A stretch of 60,541 nucleotides of DNA, counting the filler. It is 4 parts of 4 records of this genome, joined end to end, with 100 filler letters (N's around TTAATTAATTAA, not from the genome) between each part and the next. Parts side by side here need not be neighbours in the genome. Positions count along the whole stretch, not along the records: positions 1 to 28,798 come from SRR22947727_1692; positions 28,899 to 36,435 come from SRR22947727_1693; 2 more parts are not named here. One strand, given 5' to 3'. Positions 20,837 to 30,912 of the stretch are shown here, piece after piece. The translations under genes were made by a program, and so were the position numbers. Under the pieces are notes generated by a model, which was not told the DNA's origin, searched no databases, and saw only the letters and a list, made by a program, of their open reading frames with translations. Every line of letters starts with the position of its first letter. Position 1 is the first letter of the stretch.

Positions 20837-22096
20837 ATGAATATTTTACTGATTGGCAGCGGGGGGCGCGAACATGCGCTTGCCTGGTCACTTGCAGATT
20901 CGCCATTAACCAGCAATTTGGTCATTGCCCCCGGTAATCCGGGCATGGCGCCCTATGGCGAGATGCGGCCAGTGGCAGCGGATGATCTTGATGGTCTATG
21001 CGCCCTTGCCGTTGAAATATCGGCTGATCTGGTGGTGATTGGCCCTGAAGTGCCGCTTGTCGATGGCTTGGCTGACCGGCTTGCCAGCCTTGGCATAGCC
21101 GCCTTTGGCCCCAGCGCCGCCGCCGCCCAGCTTGAAGGATCGAAGGAATTTGCCCGCGCCTTTTGCGCGCGCCACAATGTTCCGCAGCCAGCCTATTTTC
21201 CGGTTAGCGATTATGCCACCGCCTGCCAGCATATTGACCAGCTTGATGGCTTTTGCGTGATCAAGGCCGATGGGCTTGCCGCTGGCAAAGGCGTGGTGGT
21301 TGCCGATGATGCCGAAACCGCCAAAGCCGCGGCAAAATCAATGCTTGATGGTCAATTTGGTGAATCGGGAAAACGGCTGGTGATCGAACAGCGCATTAGC
21401 GGCCCCGAAGCGTCACTTTTCGCGCTTCTTGATGGTGATTCGGCAATTTTGATGGCAACCGCTCAAGATCACAAACGCGCCTATGATAATGATGAAGGGC
21501 CGAATACCGGCGGCATGGGTGCCATTTCACCAGCGCCGCGGCTTGATAAGGCACTTGAAGATCAGGTGATGCAAGAGGTGGTGGGGCCCGTGGTGCGCGG
21601 CATGGCCGCCGAAGGTACGCCCTATCGCGGCGTGCTTTATGTTGGGCTTATGCTTACCAAAGACGGCCCGCAGGTCATTGAATTCAACTGTCGCTTTGGT
21701 GACCCCGAAGCCCAGGTGATCCTGCCCCGCCTGAGAACTGATCTTGTCAGCGCCATGCTGGCAACAACCAATGCCAGCCTGCATCATTTTGATATGCGCT
21801 GGGATCCCCGCGCGGCGGTGACTGTCGTAATGGCCAGCAAGGGCTATCCGGGGAGCTATGAAAAAGGCAGCGTCATCCACGCGATTGACGCCGCTGAAAC
21901 CGTGCCTGATTGCAATGTTTTTCATGCGGGAACCGCGCTTGCTGACAATGGTGATTTGATTGCTGTTGGCGGGCGGGTTTTGGCCGTTACCGCGCTTGGT
22001 GATGATGCCGAAACAGCGCGGCGCAATGCCTATGCTGGCGTTGCCAAAATTGATTGGCAAGGCGGATTCTACCGAAGTGATATCGCCAAGACCTAG
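20837..22096 (+). CDS. purD: Phosphoribosylamine-glycine ligase
   Basis: MNILLIGSGGREHA start, KADGLAAGKGV, GPNTGGMG and EFNCRFGDPE motifs. Confidence 0.98.
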   Translation: MNILLIGSGGREHALAWSLADSPLTSNLVIAPGNPGMAPYGEMRPVAADDLDGLCALAVEISADLVVIGPEVPLVDGLADRLASLGIAAFGPSAAAAQLEGSKEFARAFCARHNVPQPAYFPVSDYATACQHIDQLDGFCVIKADGLAAGKGVVVADDAETAKAAAKSMLDGQFGESGKRLVIEQRISGPEASLFALLDGDSAILMATAQDHKRAYDNDEGPNTGGMGAISPAPRLDKALEDQVMQEVVGPVVRGMAAEGTPYRGVLYVGLMLTKDGPQVIEFNCRFGDPEAQVILPRLRTDLVSAMLATTNASLHHFDMRWDPRAAVTVVMASKGYPGSYEKGSVIHAIDAAETVPDCNVFHAGTALADNGDLIAVGGRVLAVTALGDDAETARRNAYAGVAKIDWQGGFYRSDIAKT

Positions 22097-22542
22097 CGGC
22101 GTTCGGCAAAAAACGCCTGAAGCATGGCGCGGGCATCAGCCGCACCAATACCGCCATAAATCTCTGGCCGGTGATGGCAGGATGGATTGTCAAAAAATCG
22201 GACACCCGATTCAACCGCCCCTGCCTTTTCATCATGCGCGGCAAAATAGACCCGTCGCAATCTGGCATGCGCGATAGCACCAGCGCACATCGTACAAGGC
22301 TCAAGCGAAACCCATAGATCAAAACCATCAAGGCGCGACTGGCCAGTGGCGGCCATGGCCGCCTCAATCGCCAGAATTTCGGCATGATGAAGCGCGTTAC
22401 CATCCCGAACCATGCGGTTTTCCGTAAGCGCAATCAAATCGCCCTTGGCATCAGTGATCGCGGCAGCAACCGGCACTTCGCCAGCCTTGGCCGCCGCAGC
22501 CGCCGCTGCCAGAACCTTGTCCATATGACCTTTCATTTTCAT
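22093..22542 (-). CDS. tadA: tRNA-specific adenosine deaminase
   Basis: GEVPV, HAE and LEPCTMC motifs. Start at 22542 follows an AAGGAAGG RBS. Confidence 0.9.
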   Translation of the reverse strand: MKMKGHMDKVLAAAAAAAKAGEVPVAAAITDAKGDLIALTENRMVRDGNALHHAEILAIEAAMAATGQSRLDGFDLWVSLEPCTMCAGAIAHARLRRVYFAAHDEKAGAVESGVRFFDNPSCHHRPEIYGGIGAADARAMLQAFFAERR

Positions 22543-22644
22543 GCCTTCCTTGGTGACATAGATGACCGGCTTTACCAAGCAGAAATAGCCGTCACCAGTG
22601 ATTGGCATTTGCCAAGGCGCGGATTTCCAGTTACATCCAAGCAG

Positions 22645-23532
22645 ATGACAAAACAAAGCTTTACATTAGACCAACAGGCCGAGTCCGAACGCATTGCCAA
22701 ACGCATTGCCCGCGTCGGCATTTGTTCGCGCCGCGAAGCCGAGGCACGCATTATTGATGGGCGCGTCACCGTCAATGGCGAGGTGATTTCCAGCCCCGCG
22801 CTGAATGTTGGTGCGCGTGACAAAATCACCATTGATGGCAAACCCTTGCCCGGACGTGAACCTGCCGGATTATGGCGCTATTACAAACCACGCGGTCTGG
22901 TGGTCAGTGATCGTGACGAGCAAAACCGCGAAACAATTTTTGACCATCTGCCGCGAGATTTGCCCCGCCTGATGACGGTTGGCCGCCTTGATCTTGATTC
23001 TGAAGGTTTATTGTTGATGACAAATGATGGTGATCTTGCCCGCCATCTGGAACTGCCTTCAACCGGTTGGAGCCGCAAATATCGGGTTCGCGCGCAAGGC
23101 CAGATCAATGAGTCCCAGCTTGCCGCGCTTGCCGATGGTGTTACCATTGACGGCATCCGCTATGGGCAAGTGATCGCAAAGCTTGACCGGCAAATGGCAA
23201 GCAATGCGTGGCTTACGGTTGCCATCCGTGAAGGCAAGAACCGCGAGATTCGCCGCATCATGGAATATCTCGGCCATAAGGTCAGCCGCCTGATCCGCAT
23301 TTCCTACGGGCCATTCCAGCTTGGTGATCTTGAAGATGGCGCGATTGAACAAGTCAAAGCACGGGTGCTTGCCGATCAGCTTGGGCTTGGCGATGGCACT
23401 TTAGAATCAAGCGAAAAACCAACGCTTTCAATCAATAAGCCAGCGCATAAATCAGGCGCGAAACGAGGCAGACATGCGAATCATAGCGGGAAACCGTCGC
23501 GGGGCAATCCTCACAAAACTGGACGCCGTTAA
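22645..23532 (+). CDS. rluB: rRNA pseudouridine synthase, RsuA family (RluB-like)
   Basis: S4 domain (ERIAKRIAR..CSRREAE), catalytic GRLD and EGKNREIRR motifs. Confidence 0.88.
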   Translation: MTKQSFTLDQQAESERIAKRIARVGICSRREAEARIIDGRVTVNGEVISSPALNVGARDKITIDGKPLPGREPAGLWRYYKPRGLVVSDRDEQNRETIFDHLPRDLPRLMTVGRLDLDSEGLLLMTNDGDLARHLELPSTGWSRKYRVRAQGQINESQLAALADGVTIDGIRYGQVIAKLDRQMASNAWLTVAIREGKNREIRRIMEYLGHKVSRLIRISYGPFQLGDLEDGAIEQVKARVLADQLGLGDGTLESSEKPTLSINKPAHKSGAKRGRHANHSGKPSRGNPHKTGRR

Positions 23533-24043
23533 AACCCGGCCAACGGCAGATCGGGTTCGCGAATCCCTTTTCAATATTCTGCAAGCTGGCCGGTTTCAGG
23601 GGCTTTTGGCTGATAGTCAGGTGATTGATGTTTTTGCTGGCACCGGCGCGCTTGGGCTAGAAGCCATTTCGCGCGGTGCCGCCTTTGCCAGCTTTATTGA
23701 AAATGATAGGGCCGCCCTCGCGGTTTTGCGGGCGAATATTGCCAAGCTTCGGTTTCAATCCTCAGCCGCCGTTTTGGCCGCTGATGCAACAAATTTAGTG
23801 CATTGGCGGGCGGCACCAGCCAATCTTGTTTTTGCCGATGCACCCTATCAAACCGGAGGTGGCCTTTTGGCGATTAACGCTTTGGCCAAAATTGGCGCGC
23901 TTGGTGATGCGGCGGTGGTTATCATCGAAACCGCAAAAACCGAAATATTGGATAACGACGCTTTGGCCACTGGCCTGACGCCGATTGACCAGCGTAATTA
24001 TGGCAAGGCGTTGCTGAATTTCCTGACCTATCAAACGCCGTAA
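23474..24043 (+). CDS. rsmD: 16S rRNA m2G966 methyltransferase
   Basis: MRIIAG, RPTADRVRESLFN, DVFAGTGALGLEA and DAPY motifs. Confidence 0.95.
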   Translation: MRIIAGNRRGAILTKLDAVKTRPTADRVRESLFNILQAGRFQGLLADSQVIDVFAGTGALGLEAISRGAAFASFIENDRAALAVLRANIAKLRFQSSAAVLAADATNLVHWRAAPANLVFADAPYQTGGGLLAINALAKIGALGDAAVVIIETAKTEILDNDALATGLTPIDQRNYGKALLNFLTYQTP

Positions 24044-24050
24044 CCGCCGC

Positions 24051-25907
24051 CTAGCTTCGGCCAAATAACCGTTCGATATCTGCAAGTGATAATTTCACCC
24101 AAGTCGGCCGACCATGGTTACATTGCCCCGATCGCGGGGTTATCTCCATATCGCGAAGAAGCGCATTCATCTCGCTTGCGTTCAATGGGCGGCCAGCACG
24201 AACCGACCCATGGCAGGACACGGTTGCCAAAACATGATTGATTCGGTCTTCAAGACTGGTGCTGCCGCCAAGTTCAACAAGTTCTTCAGCAATATCAGCA
24301 ACAAGCTGTTTGACATCGGGCGTACCAAGAAGCGCTGGCACTGCCCGCACAACCACCGCCCCAGCGCCAAACCCTTCGACCACCAGCCCCATTGTTTCCA
24401 GCATCTCAGCCGCCTCGATAACCGCCGCAGTATGATGATCAGCAAGCGTGACCACTTCGGGCAAAAGCAGGTTTTGTGACGCAACACCGCTTTTGGCAAG
24501 CGCGGTTTTCATCCGTTCCATCACAAGACGTTCATGTGCCGCATGCTGGTCAATAATCGTCAGCCCACCTTCGGTTTCAGCAATGATATATGTCTTATGC
24601 AGCTGCGCCTTGGCCGCGCCAAGAAGATGATGACGCTGGTCATGCTGCTGTCCGGCTTCGCTTTCCGATGCCATTCGCGCCGCTGGTTCAGCATCATCAC
24701 CAAGCAGGCTGTGTGGCGACATTTGATCGGGCCGGTAAAAGGCATGGACTGAGGCCATTTGCTGGCGTGATGGCGGGGCTAGATAGGGGCGTTGCGCACC
24801 GCTGGATAGCGTATTACCCGCTGGTGCAAAGTCGTTTTCTGCCACCCGATCCGGCGCGGTTGAAAATTTACCAATTGCCGCAGTGCCGCCTGCGCTGGTG
24901 GCGTGAATGCTGCCATCACGAAGCTGCGCTATTAACCCGCCAACCAAAAGACTGCGAACCGCGGCGGCATCTTTGAACCGCACTTCGGCCTTTGCCGGAT
25001 GGACATTCACATCAACCGCCGATGGTGGAACCTCAAGAAACAAGACGGCCATCGGGTGACGGCCACGCGGCAATGTATCGCCATAACCCGCCCTGATCGC
25101 CCCCAAAAGTGCGCGATCATGGATTGGACGGCCATTCACAAACAGAAAAATATTCGCCGTTGTCGGCCGGTTCATTGTCGGCAGACCAACAAGCCCCGTA
25201 AGCCGGATATCATCGCGCACCGCGTCAAGCACGACCGCTTCAGCGGCAAATCCCTGTCCCATAATCGCGCCAATTCGCGCCTGCAACCCGCTTTGGCCTG
25301 GCAAACAGGCGGGTAAATCCAGTAATAGGCGATCATCTGCGGTCAGATGAAATCCAACTTCGGGCCATGCCATGCCAAGCCGCCGCACGATATTGGCGCA
25401 TTGCCCCTGTTCGGTGCGCTCGGTTTTCAAAAATTTCAGACGGGCAGGAACGGCCTTGAAAAGCTGGGTAACTGAAATCATCGACCCTTTGGCAAGGGCG
25501 GCCGGTTCAGGGCCAGAGACAATGCCGCCATCGACGACAAGCCGCCACGCATGATCAAAACCAGCAGTGATCGAGGTCAAGGATAGCCGCGAAACAGCGC
25601 CAATTGACGGCAACGCTTCGCCGCGAAATCCCAATGAGTGAATATGATCAAGCGAGTCATCAGGCAATTTCGACGTGGCATGGCGTTCAATCGCTAACGC
25701 CATATCGTCGGGCGTCATGCCGCTGCCATCATCAATAACGGTGATTTCGTCAATACCGCCGCGCCGAAGGGTGATGCTAATCTGTTGCGCCCCCGCATCA
25801 AGCGCATTTTCGACAAGTTCTTTTAGCGCACTTGCCGGTCTTTCAACGACCTCGCCAGCCGCGATCTGGTTAATCAACCGGTCGGGAAGTTGGCGGATAA
25901 CGGCCAT
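24051..25907 (-). CDS. mutL: DNA mismatch repair endonuclease MutL
   Basis: NQIAAGEVVERP, GFRGEAL, DVNVHPAK, DQHAAHER and CNHGRP motifs. Confidence 0.98.
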   Translation of the reverse strand: MAVIRQLPDRLINQIAAGEVVERPASALKELVENALDAGAQQISITLRRGGIDEITVIDDGSGMTPDDMALAIERHATSKLPDDSLDHIHSLGFRGEALPSIGAVSRLSLTSITAGFDHAWRLVVDGGIVSGPEPAALAKGSMISVTQLFKAVPARLKFLKTERTEQGQCANIVRRLGMAWPEVGFHLTADDRLLLDLPACLPGQSGLQARIGAIMGQGFAAEAVVLDAVRDDIRLTGLVGLPTMNRPTTANIFLFVNGRPIHDRALLGAIRAGYGDTLPRGRHPMAVLFLEVPPSAVDVNVHPAKAEVRFKDAAAVRSLLVGGLIAQLRDGSIHATSAGGTAAIGKFSTAPDRVAENDFAPAGNTLSSGAQRPYLAPPSRQQMASVHAFYRPDQMSPHSLLGDDAEPAARMASESEAGQQHDQRHHLLGAAKAQLHKTYIIAETEGGLTIIDQHAAHERLVMERMKTALAKSGVASQNLLLPEVVTLADHHTAAVIEAAEMLETMGLVVEGFGAGAVVVRAVPALLGTPDVKQLVADIAEELVELGGSTSLEDRINHVLATVSCHGSVRAGRPLNASEMNALLRDMEITPRSGQCNHGRPTWVKLSLADIERLFGRS

Positions 25908-25916
25908 AACGGCGGT

Positions 25917-26465
25917 CTAATTAACGGTAAGCGGTTGATCACTTGCTGGATCAATGGCCTTGGTGCCGCCTTCGGTTGGTGCTTGTCCAGCAAGACGCGC
26001 TTTGCGAAGCCGCAGATCTTCGGCCATTTTATCGAGAACTGGCCCTACATCAGGAACGCCGCCAAACAGCGTTTGCAATGGCAGCCGTTTTTCCAACTGA
26101 ATGCCATAGGTTTCTTCATCGACCTTGGTGCGGATATCATCAGGAACGCCGGAAAAATCAAACAAACCGGCAAATTCAGACCCTTCAACTGTTTGGGAGC
26201 CAAGCAAATTTGCCGTTCTGGCCTGCGCATTCACCCCGCTGGTTTGTGGCGATTTCACAATATCTTCGGGGCTATCACCAAATCCGGGCGGAAGCGACAA
26301 AGGCGCGCGCACCACAACTTGAAATTCATCGGGCGCTGATTTGCCTTCGCCAATCGCACGGCGAAAATCAGAACAGGCGGAAAGTCCGGCTGTCAACACG
26401 ATGGTCATCCCAAGCATTATCACTTGTTTGGTCTTCGCTCGTCTGGTCTTCGTTTGTCTGGTCAT
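25917..26465 (-). CDS. DUF3035-like lipoprotein
   Basis: Lipobox LSAC and the PDEFQVVVRAPLSLPP motif; ATGA overlap with the lspA stop. Confidence 0.82.
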   Translation of the reverse strand: MTRQTKTRRAKTKQVIMLGMTIVLTAGLSACSDFRRAIGEGKSAPDEFQVVVRAPLSLPPGFGDSPEDIVKSPQTSGVNAQARTANLLGSQTVEGSEFAGLFDFSGVPDDIRTKVDEETYGIQLEKRLPLQTLFGGVPDVGPVLDKMAEDLRLRKARLAGQAPTEGGTKAIDPASDQPLTVN

Positions 26466-26962
26466 GTCTCGTTTGTCTCCTGTCCAAACAAAATGCTGTA
26501 GGCCCAAAGCCCCGCGCCAATCGTAATCGCCGCATCAGCGACATTAAATGCAGGCCAATGCCACGCACCAATATGAAAGTCTATAAAATCAACAACCCGC
26601 CCAAAACGCAACCGATCAATTGCATTTCCAATCGCGCCACCGGCAATTGCCGCACCAGCAAGCCGCTGCAACCGGTCAAGTTTTGGCAACATCCAAACAA
26701 ACCAGCCACTCACCGCAAAGGCCAGAACGGTCAAGCCAATGCGCACCGCAAGGCCGCCATCGGCAAGCATGCCAAAACTCATGCCACTATTCCATACCGG
26801 AACAATATTTAACAGCAAGCCAATTTCGATATAGCGCGGCGGATTAAAAACCAGATCAAGCATAATCTGCTTGCTAATCTGGTCAGCGATAAGCACCGCA
26901 CAAAATACAGGCAAGAACAAAGACAGTCCCGGCCATTTTTGAAACGGCGAGCCCATGGTCAT
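26462..26962 (-). CDS. lspA: Lipoprotein signal peptidase II
   Basis: DQISK, WNSGMSFG, GGAIGNAIDR, VVDF and FNVAD motifs; ATGA overlap with the ileS stop. Confidence 0.96.
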   Translation of the reverse strand: MTMGSPFQKWPGLSLFLPVFCAVLIADQISKQIMLDLVFNPPRYIEIGLLLNIVPVWNSGMSFGMLADGGLAVRIGLTVLAFAVSGWFVWMLPKLDRLQRLAGAAIAGGAIGNAIDRLRFGRVVDFIDFHIGAWHWPAFNVADAAITIGAGLWAYSILFGQETNET

Positions 26963-28798
26963 GATTGCGCCGAAACCACATCTTGGCACCGGCCACAAAT
27001 ATCAACATCGGCGGTAACTTCAGGAGTGATTTTCCAACACCGTGCGCATTTTTCACCATCGGCAACAGCAACAACAACGGCAACATCATCAATCGCGTCA
27101 AGCCGGAAGGCACCGTCTGGTGCGGCATCGCTGCTAAGTGTCGCACTTGAGGTGATAAACAGGCTCGCCGCATCCTGACCGGCAAAGGCAGCCTGCATTT
27201 CAGCCGAGATATACACCATTGGTGTTGCCTGTAATGACGCCCCAATCTTGCCATCATTACGTGCTGTTTCAAGCGCACTCATCACCACTTGACGGGCTTT
27301 TCTGATCTGTGCCCATTTTGCGGCAACAGCGTCATTATGCCAATCGGCCGGCACCGGATCATAGCTTCGCAAATGCACCGATTGATTGATATCAACGTGA
27401 CGCGACTGCCATGCTTCTTCAGCGGTAAAACATAAAATCGGCGCAAGCCATGCGGTTAACCGGTTAAAGACCTCATCCATCACCGTACGGCAAGCCCGAC
27501 GTGCGGTTGCATCAGGATTGTCGCAATATAGCGTATCTTTGCGAATTTCGAAATAAAATGCCGAAAGATCACTGTTACAAAACTGATGAAGTTCGGAAAA
27601 AATACCATGGAAATCATAGGTTTCGGTCATCTCGCGAATGGCGACGTCAATTGATGCCAAGCGGTTAAGAACCCATTTTTCCAGCTCGGGCATATCGGCA
27701 TAGCCAAGCTTTTCACCAGCATCAAACCCGTCTAGCGCGCCAAGAAGATAGCGAAGCGTATTGCGGAACCGGCGGTAATTATCGGTTGTGCGCTTGATGA
27801 TTTCAGCGCCAATCCGCAGATCATTGTAATAATCAGAACTAACCACCCAGAGGCGCAAAATATCAGCACCATTCTGTTCCATCACCTTTTGCGGCGTTAC
27901 CACATTACCAAGTGATTTTGACATTTTCCGGCCCTGCTCATCCAGCACGAAACCATGTGTCAGAACGGCTTTATAGGGCGCTCTTGCGCGGGTTGCACAA
28001 GATTGAAGCAATGATGAATGGAACCAGCCACGATGCTGATCCGACCCTTCAAGATAAAGATCAGCAGGGCTTTCCAGATCATCACGGTCTTCTAGAACAA
28101 ATGAATGTGTCGACCCTGAATCAAACCAGACATCCAGAATATCGGTGATTTTTTCGTAATCATCAGGATTATAATCATCGCCAAGAAAGCGCGAGGAGTC
28201 AGACATGAACCAGCAATCGGCACCTTCGGCCTTCATCGCCTCGACAATCCGCGCATGAACAGCCGGATCACGAAGCGGCTCGCCAGTTTGCTTATGCGCA
28301 AAAATCGTCAATGGCACACCCCATGCCCGCTGGCGGCTAAGACACCAATCGGGGCGTTGGGCAATCATCGAGGTTAACCGTTTTTGCCCAGCAGCCGGAT
28401 AGAATTTGGTCTTGGCCAATTCACCAAGCGCAATATCGCGCAAACCATGTGATTCCATCGAGACAAACCATTGCGCCGTATTGCGGTAAATCAGCGGCGC
28501 TTTTGACCGCCATGAATGCGGATAGGAATGCACCAATTTGCTAATGCCAATCACGCCTTTATGCTCGGCCATGATTTCGGCAATTTTGGCATTGTCACGA
28601 AGAACATGCATACCGCCGAAAACCGGCAAATGCGGCAAGATAACGCCATCTTCGCCAACCGTATCAGGAACCGCAATGCCATGTTTAAGATGCGCAAGCT
28701 CGTAATCTTCGACACCATGTCCGGGCGCGATATGCACAAAACCGGTGCCTTGTTCGGTGGTCACATGGCTTCCTGCCAAAAGCGGCACGTCAAAATCA
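26959..28798 (-). CDS. ileS: Isoleucyl-tRNA synthetase type 1, 5' truncated by the contig end
   Basis: GTGFVHIAPGHG, DWCLSRQRAWG, EGSDQHRGWF, KMSKS and the C-terminal CxxC zinc finger. Confidence 0.98.
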
Positions 28799-28898
28799 NN
28801 NNNNNNNNNNNNNNNNNNNNNNNNNNNNNNNNNNNNNNNNNNTTAATTAATTAANNNNNNNNNNNNNNNNNNNNNNNNNNNNNNNNNNNNNNNNNNNN
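28799..28898. other. Artificial contig-joining spacer
   Basis: N44-TTAATTAATTAA-N44; the core puts stop codons in all six frames. Confidence 0.98.
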
Positions 28899-29006
28899 AA
28901 CAAATATTGGCCACCGGTAAACCGGGTCAATAACGCGCTTGGTGATCGCGCGCTAATTTGCGCCTGCCCGCCAATGGAATTTTGGGAACAACAGGCCGCC
29001 GAATAA
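28899..29006 (+). CDS. gcvP: Glycine dehydrogenase (P protein), C-terminal fragment
   Basis: Manual translation gives [35 protein letters not shown], matching the GcvP tail KYWPPVxRVDNxxGDRxLxCxCPP. Confidence 0.9.
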   Translation, partial: NKYWPPVNRVNNALGDRALICACPPMEFWEQQAAE

Positions 29007-29009
29007 CGG

Positions 29010-29816
29010 CTATAGCGCGAAAAGTGCCAATGTTTCCTCGCGCGTGGCTGGCTGACAAGTCTCAGCCAGCTGGCGGATCAACGCGGCATTATTTGGCGCC
29101 AAACTGCCATCTTTTAAATAGAGGTTATTTTCAAACCCAACCCGGCAATGGCCGCCACTGGCAATTGCATCGGTCATAACGTCAAATTCACGATGCCCAA
29201 ATGCGCAGATCGACCAGCTTGCCATATCGGTCAGCCCGTCATTGATAAATGGCTTCATTTCGGCAGGGTCAGACTGGAAATTACCGCTATAGCGGCCAAG
29301 CACCAACAAAAGATGCGGCCGCGCAGCGGGTAAAATGCCATCAGCCATCGCCACGCGGAACCGCTGCAGGTCATCAAGATCATACAGGATATGTTGAACA
29401 TTTATCTGCTCGGCAAGGCTTTGATGATAGAACTGCTTGGCAAGCGCGCGCGCGGCCTCGCCATTATCACCAATCATTTCACGAAATCCAACTGACACAA
29501 AATCAGGCTTTAAAGCAAATACCAAATCAGCCTGCTGTTCAGGCGTGTAAATGCCAACAGCTTCGGTGGTAATCTGCACCAGCATTTCCGGCACTTCCTG
29601 CCGCAAGCCGTCAAGCAATTGCCCGTAGCGCCCCGCATCAAGAAGATGTTTGCCATCATCATCGCGAACATGCGCGTGAAGAATACTTGCACCAGCCGCA
29701 TGGCATTCCTTGGCGGTTGCAATCGTTTCCGCAATCGTAACCGGAACGGCCGGATGGTCAGTTTTTACTTTGCGTGCGCCATTTGGTGCCGCCATGATGA
29801 TTGTTGGTCGGGTCAT
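29010..29816 (-). CDS. Beta-keto acid cleavage enzyme family (BKACE/Kce, DUF849)
   Basis: APNGA..K.DHPAVP, HAHVRD zinc motif, TTE and RVGFENN motifs. Confidence 0.92.
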   Translation of the reverse strand: MTRPTIIMAAPNGARKVKTDHPAVPVTIAETIATAKECHAAGASILHAHVRDDDGKHLLDAGRYGQLLDGLRQEVPEMLVQITTEAVGIYTPEQQADLVFALKPDFVSVGFREMIGDNGEAARALAKQFYHQSLAEQINVQHILYDLDDLQRFRVAMADGILPAARPHLLLVLGRYSGNFQSDPAEMKPFINDGLTDMASWSICAFGHREFDVMTDAIASGGHCRVGFENNLYLKDGSLAPNNAALIRQLAETCQPATREETLALFAL

Positions 29817-30086
29817 CGTCATCCTCAAAAAGCAATATAAACCGCGCCAGAAAAAGCGCAGAACTGATCGCATCACCGACTGGAGTGCGAAAGCTTATGC
29901 TAGCACCGGCAAATCACAGGTCAAGGCGAGAGCCATCACAACATCACTGAAAAACCTATCGCCCACTATCGGAATATATGCTAATTAATTGACGTTATTT
30001 GGCTGGGGGCTTGCCCTGATAATCTATCCCCCTTGGGCGCTTTAGTGACAATACTATCCAACCCGCCTGCAACGAGACTGACCGAC

Positions 30087-30896
30087 ATGTCTGTGAAACC
30101 TGAAATCAGTGATTTTATTGCCCTTAAGGGCCAGCGCAAAATTGTTTGCCTAACCGCTTATAGCGCGCCAATGGCACATGCGCTTGACCCGCATTGTGAC
30201 CTTCTGCTTGTTGGCGATTCCGTGGCGATGGTCATCTATGGCATGGATACAACGCAAAATGCCGATCTTGATATGATGATCAGGCATGGTCAGGCCGTTA
30301 TGCGGCGGCGGCAATCAGCGCTTGTGGTGATTGATCTTCCTGCTGGCAGCTATGAAAATAGTCCGGCGCAGGCCTTGGCCAGCGCTGCCGAGATTATGGC
30401 CAAAACCGGCGCTGATGCAGTCAAGCTTGAGGGCGGCACTGATCTTGCCCCGCATGTGAAATGCCTTGTTGATTCAGGCATTCCGGTGCTTGGCCATATC
30501 GGGCTTTTGCCGCAACATGCGGTTGCAGGAGCCGCTTTTCGCATCACCGGACGAAGCGATGAAGAATCAGCCCAGCTTCATGCCGATGCTAATGCCTTGG
30601 TTGCGGCAGGCGTTTTTGGCATTGTCATGGAAGGGGTTATCGAACCGGTTGCCGCATCAATTGCCCAATCTTGCGCCGTACCAACAATCGGTATTGGTGC
30701 CTCGGCGGTTTGTGATGGGCAAATTCTTGTGACCGAAGATGTGCTTGGGCTATATGACGCCTTTACCCCAAAATTTGTTCGGAAATTTGCCAATCTTCAA
30801 GATGATATTGGCGCCGCTGCGGCTGGCTATCGCGCCGCAGTCATTGATGGCAGCTTTCCAACCAAGGATCACCTTTTCTGGCCGAAAAAGACCTGA
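30087..30896 (+). CDS. panB: 3-methyl-2-oxobutanoate hydroxymethyltransferase
   Basis: LTAY, LLVGDS, VKLEGG, GHIGLLPQ and IGIGA..CDGQILV motifs. Confidence 0.97.
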   Translation: MSVKPEISDFIALKGQRKIVCLTAYSAPMAHALDPHCDLLLVGDSVAMVIYGMDTTQNADLDMMIRHGQAVMRRRQSALVVIDLPAGSYENSPAQALASAAEIMAKTGADAVKLEGGTDLAPHVKCLVDSGIPVLGHIGLLPQHAVAGAAFRITGRSDEESAQLHADANALVAAGVFGIVMEGVIEPVAASIAQSCAVPTIGIGASAVCDGQILVTEDVLGLYDAFTPKFVRKFANLQDDIGAAAAGYRAAVIDGSFPTKDHLFWPKKT

Positions 30897-30912
30897 TCTC
30901 AGGTAGAGCAAA

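Noticed and set aside
26428..26477. Imperfect 15-bp tandem repeat at the DUF3035 start, and a 12-bp repeat near the xseA 3' end (about 19336-19360)
   Set aside because: Short low-complexity repeats encoding basic peptide ends; no spacers, so not CRISPR-like.
25943..26812. 289-aa plus-strand ORF
   Set aside because: Antisense shadow of lspA and the DUF3035 gene, with no recognisable motifs.
28843..28854. Repeated TTAATTAATTAA palindrome as a biological site (also at 36480 and 53769)
   Set aside because: It is always centred in exactly 44+44 Ns, so it is a synthetic all-frame-stop linker.
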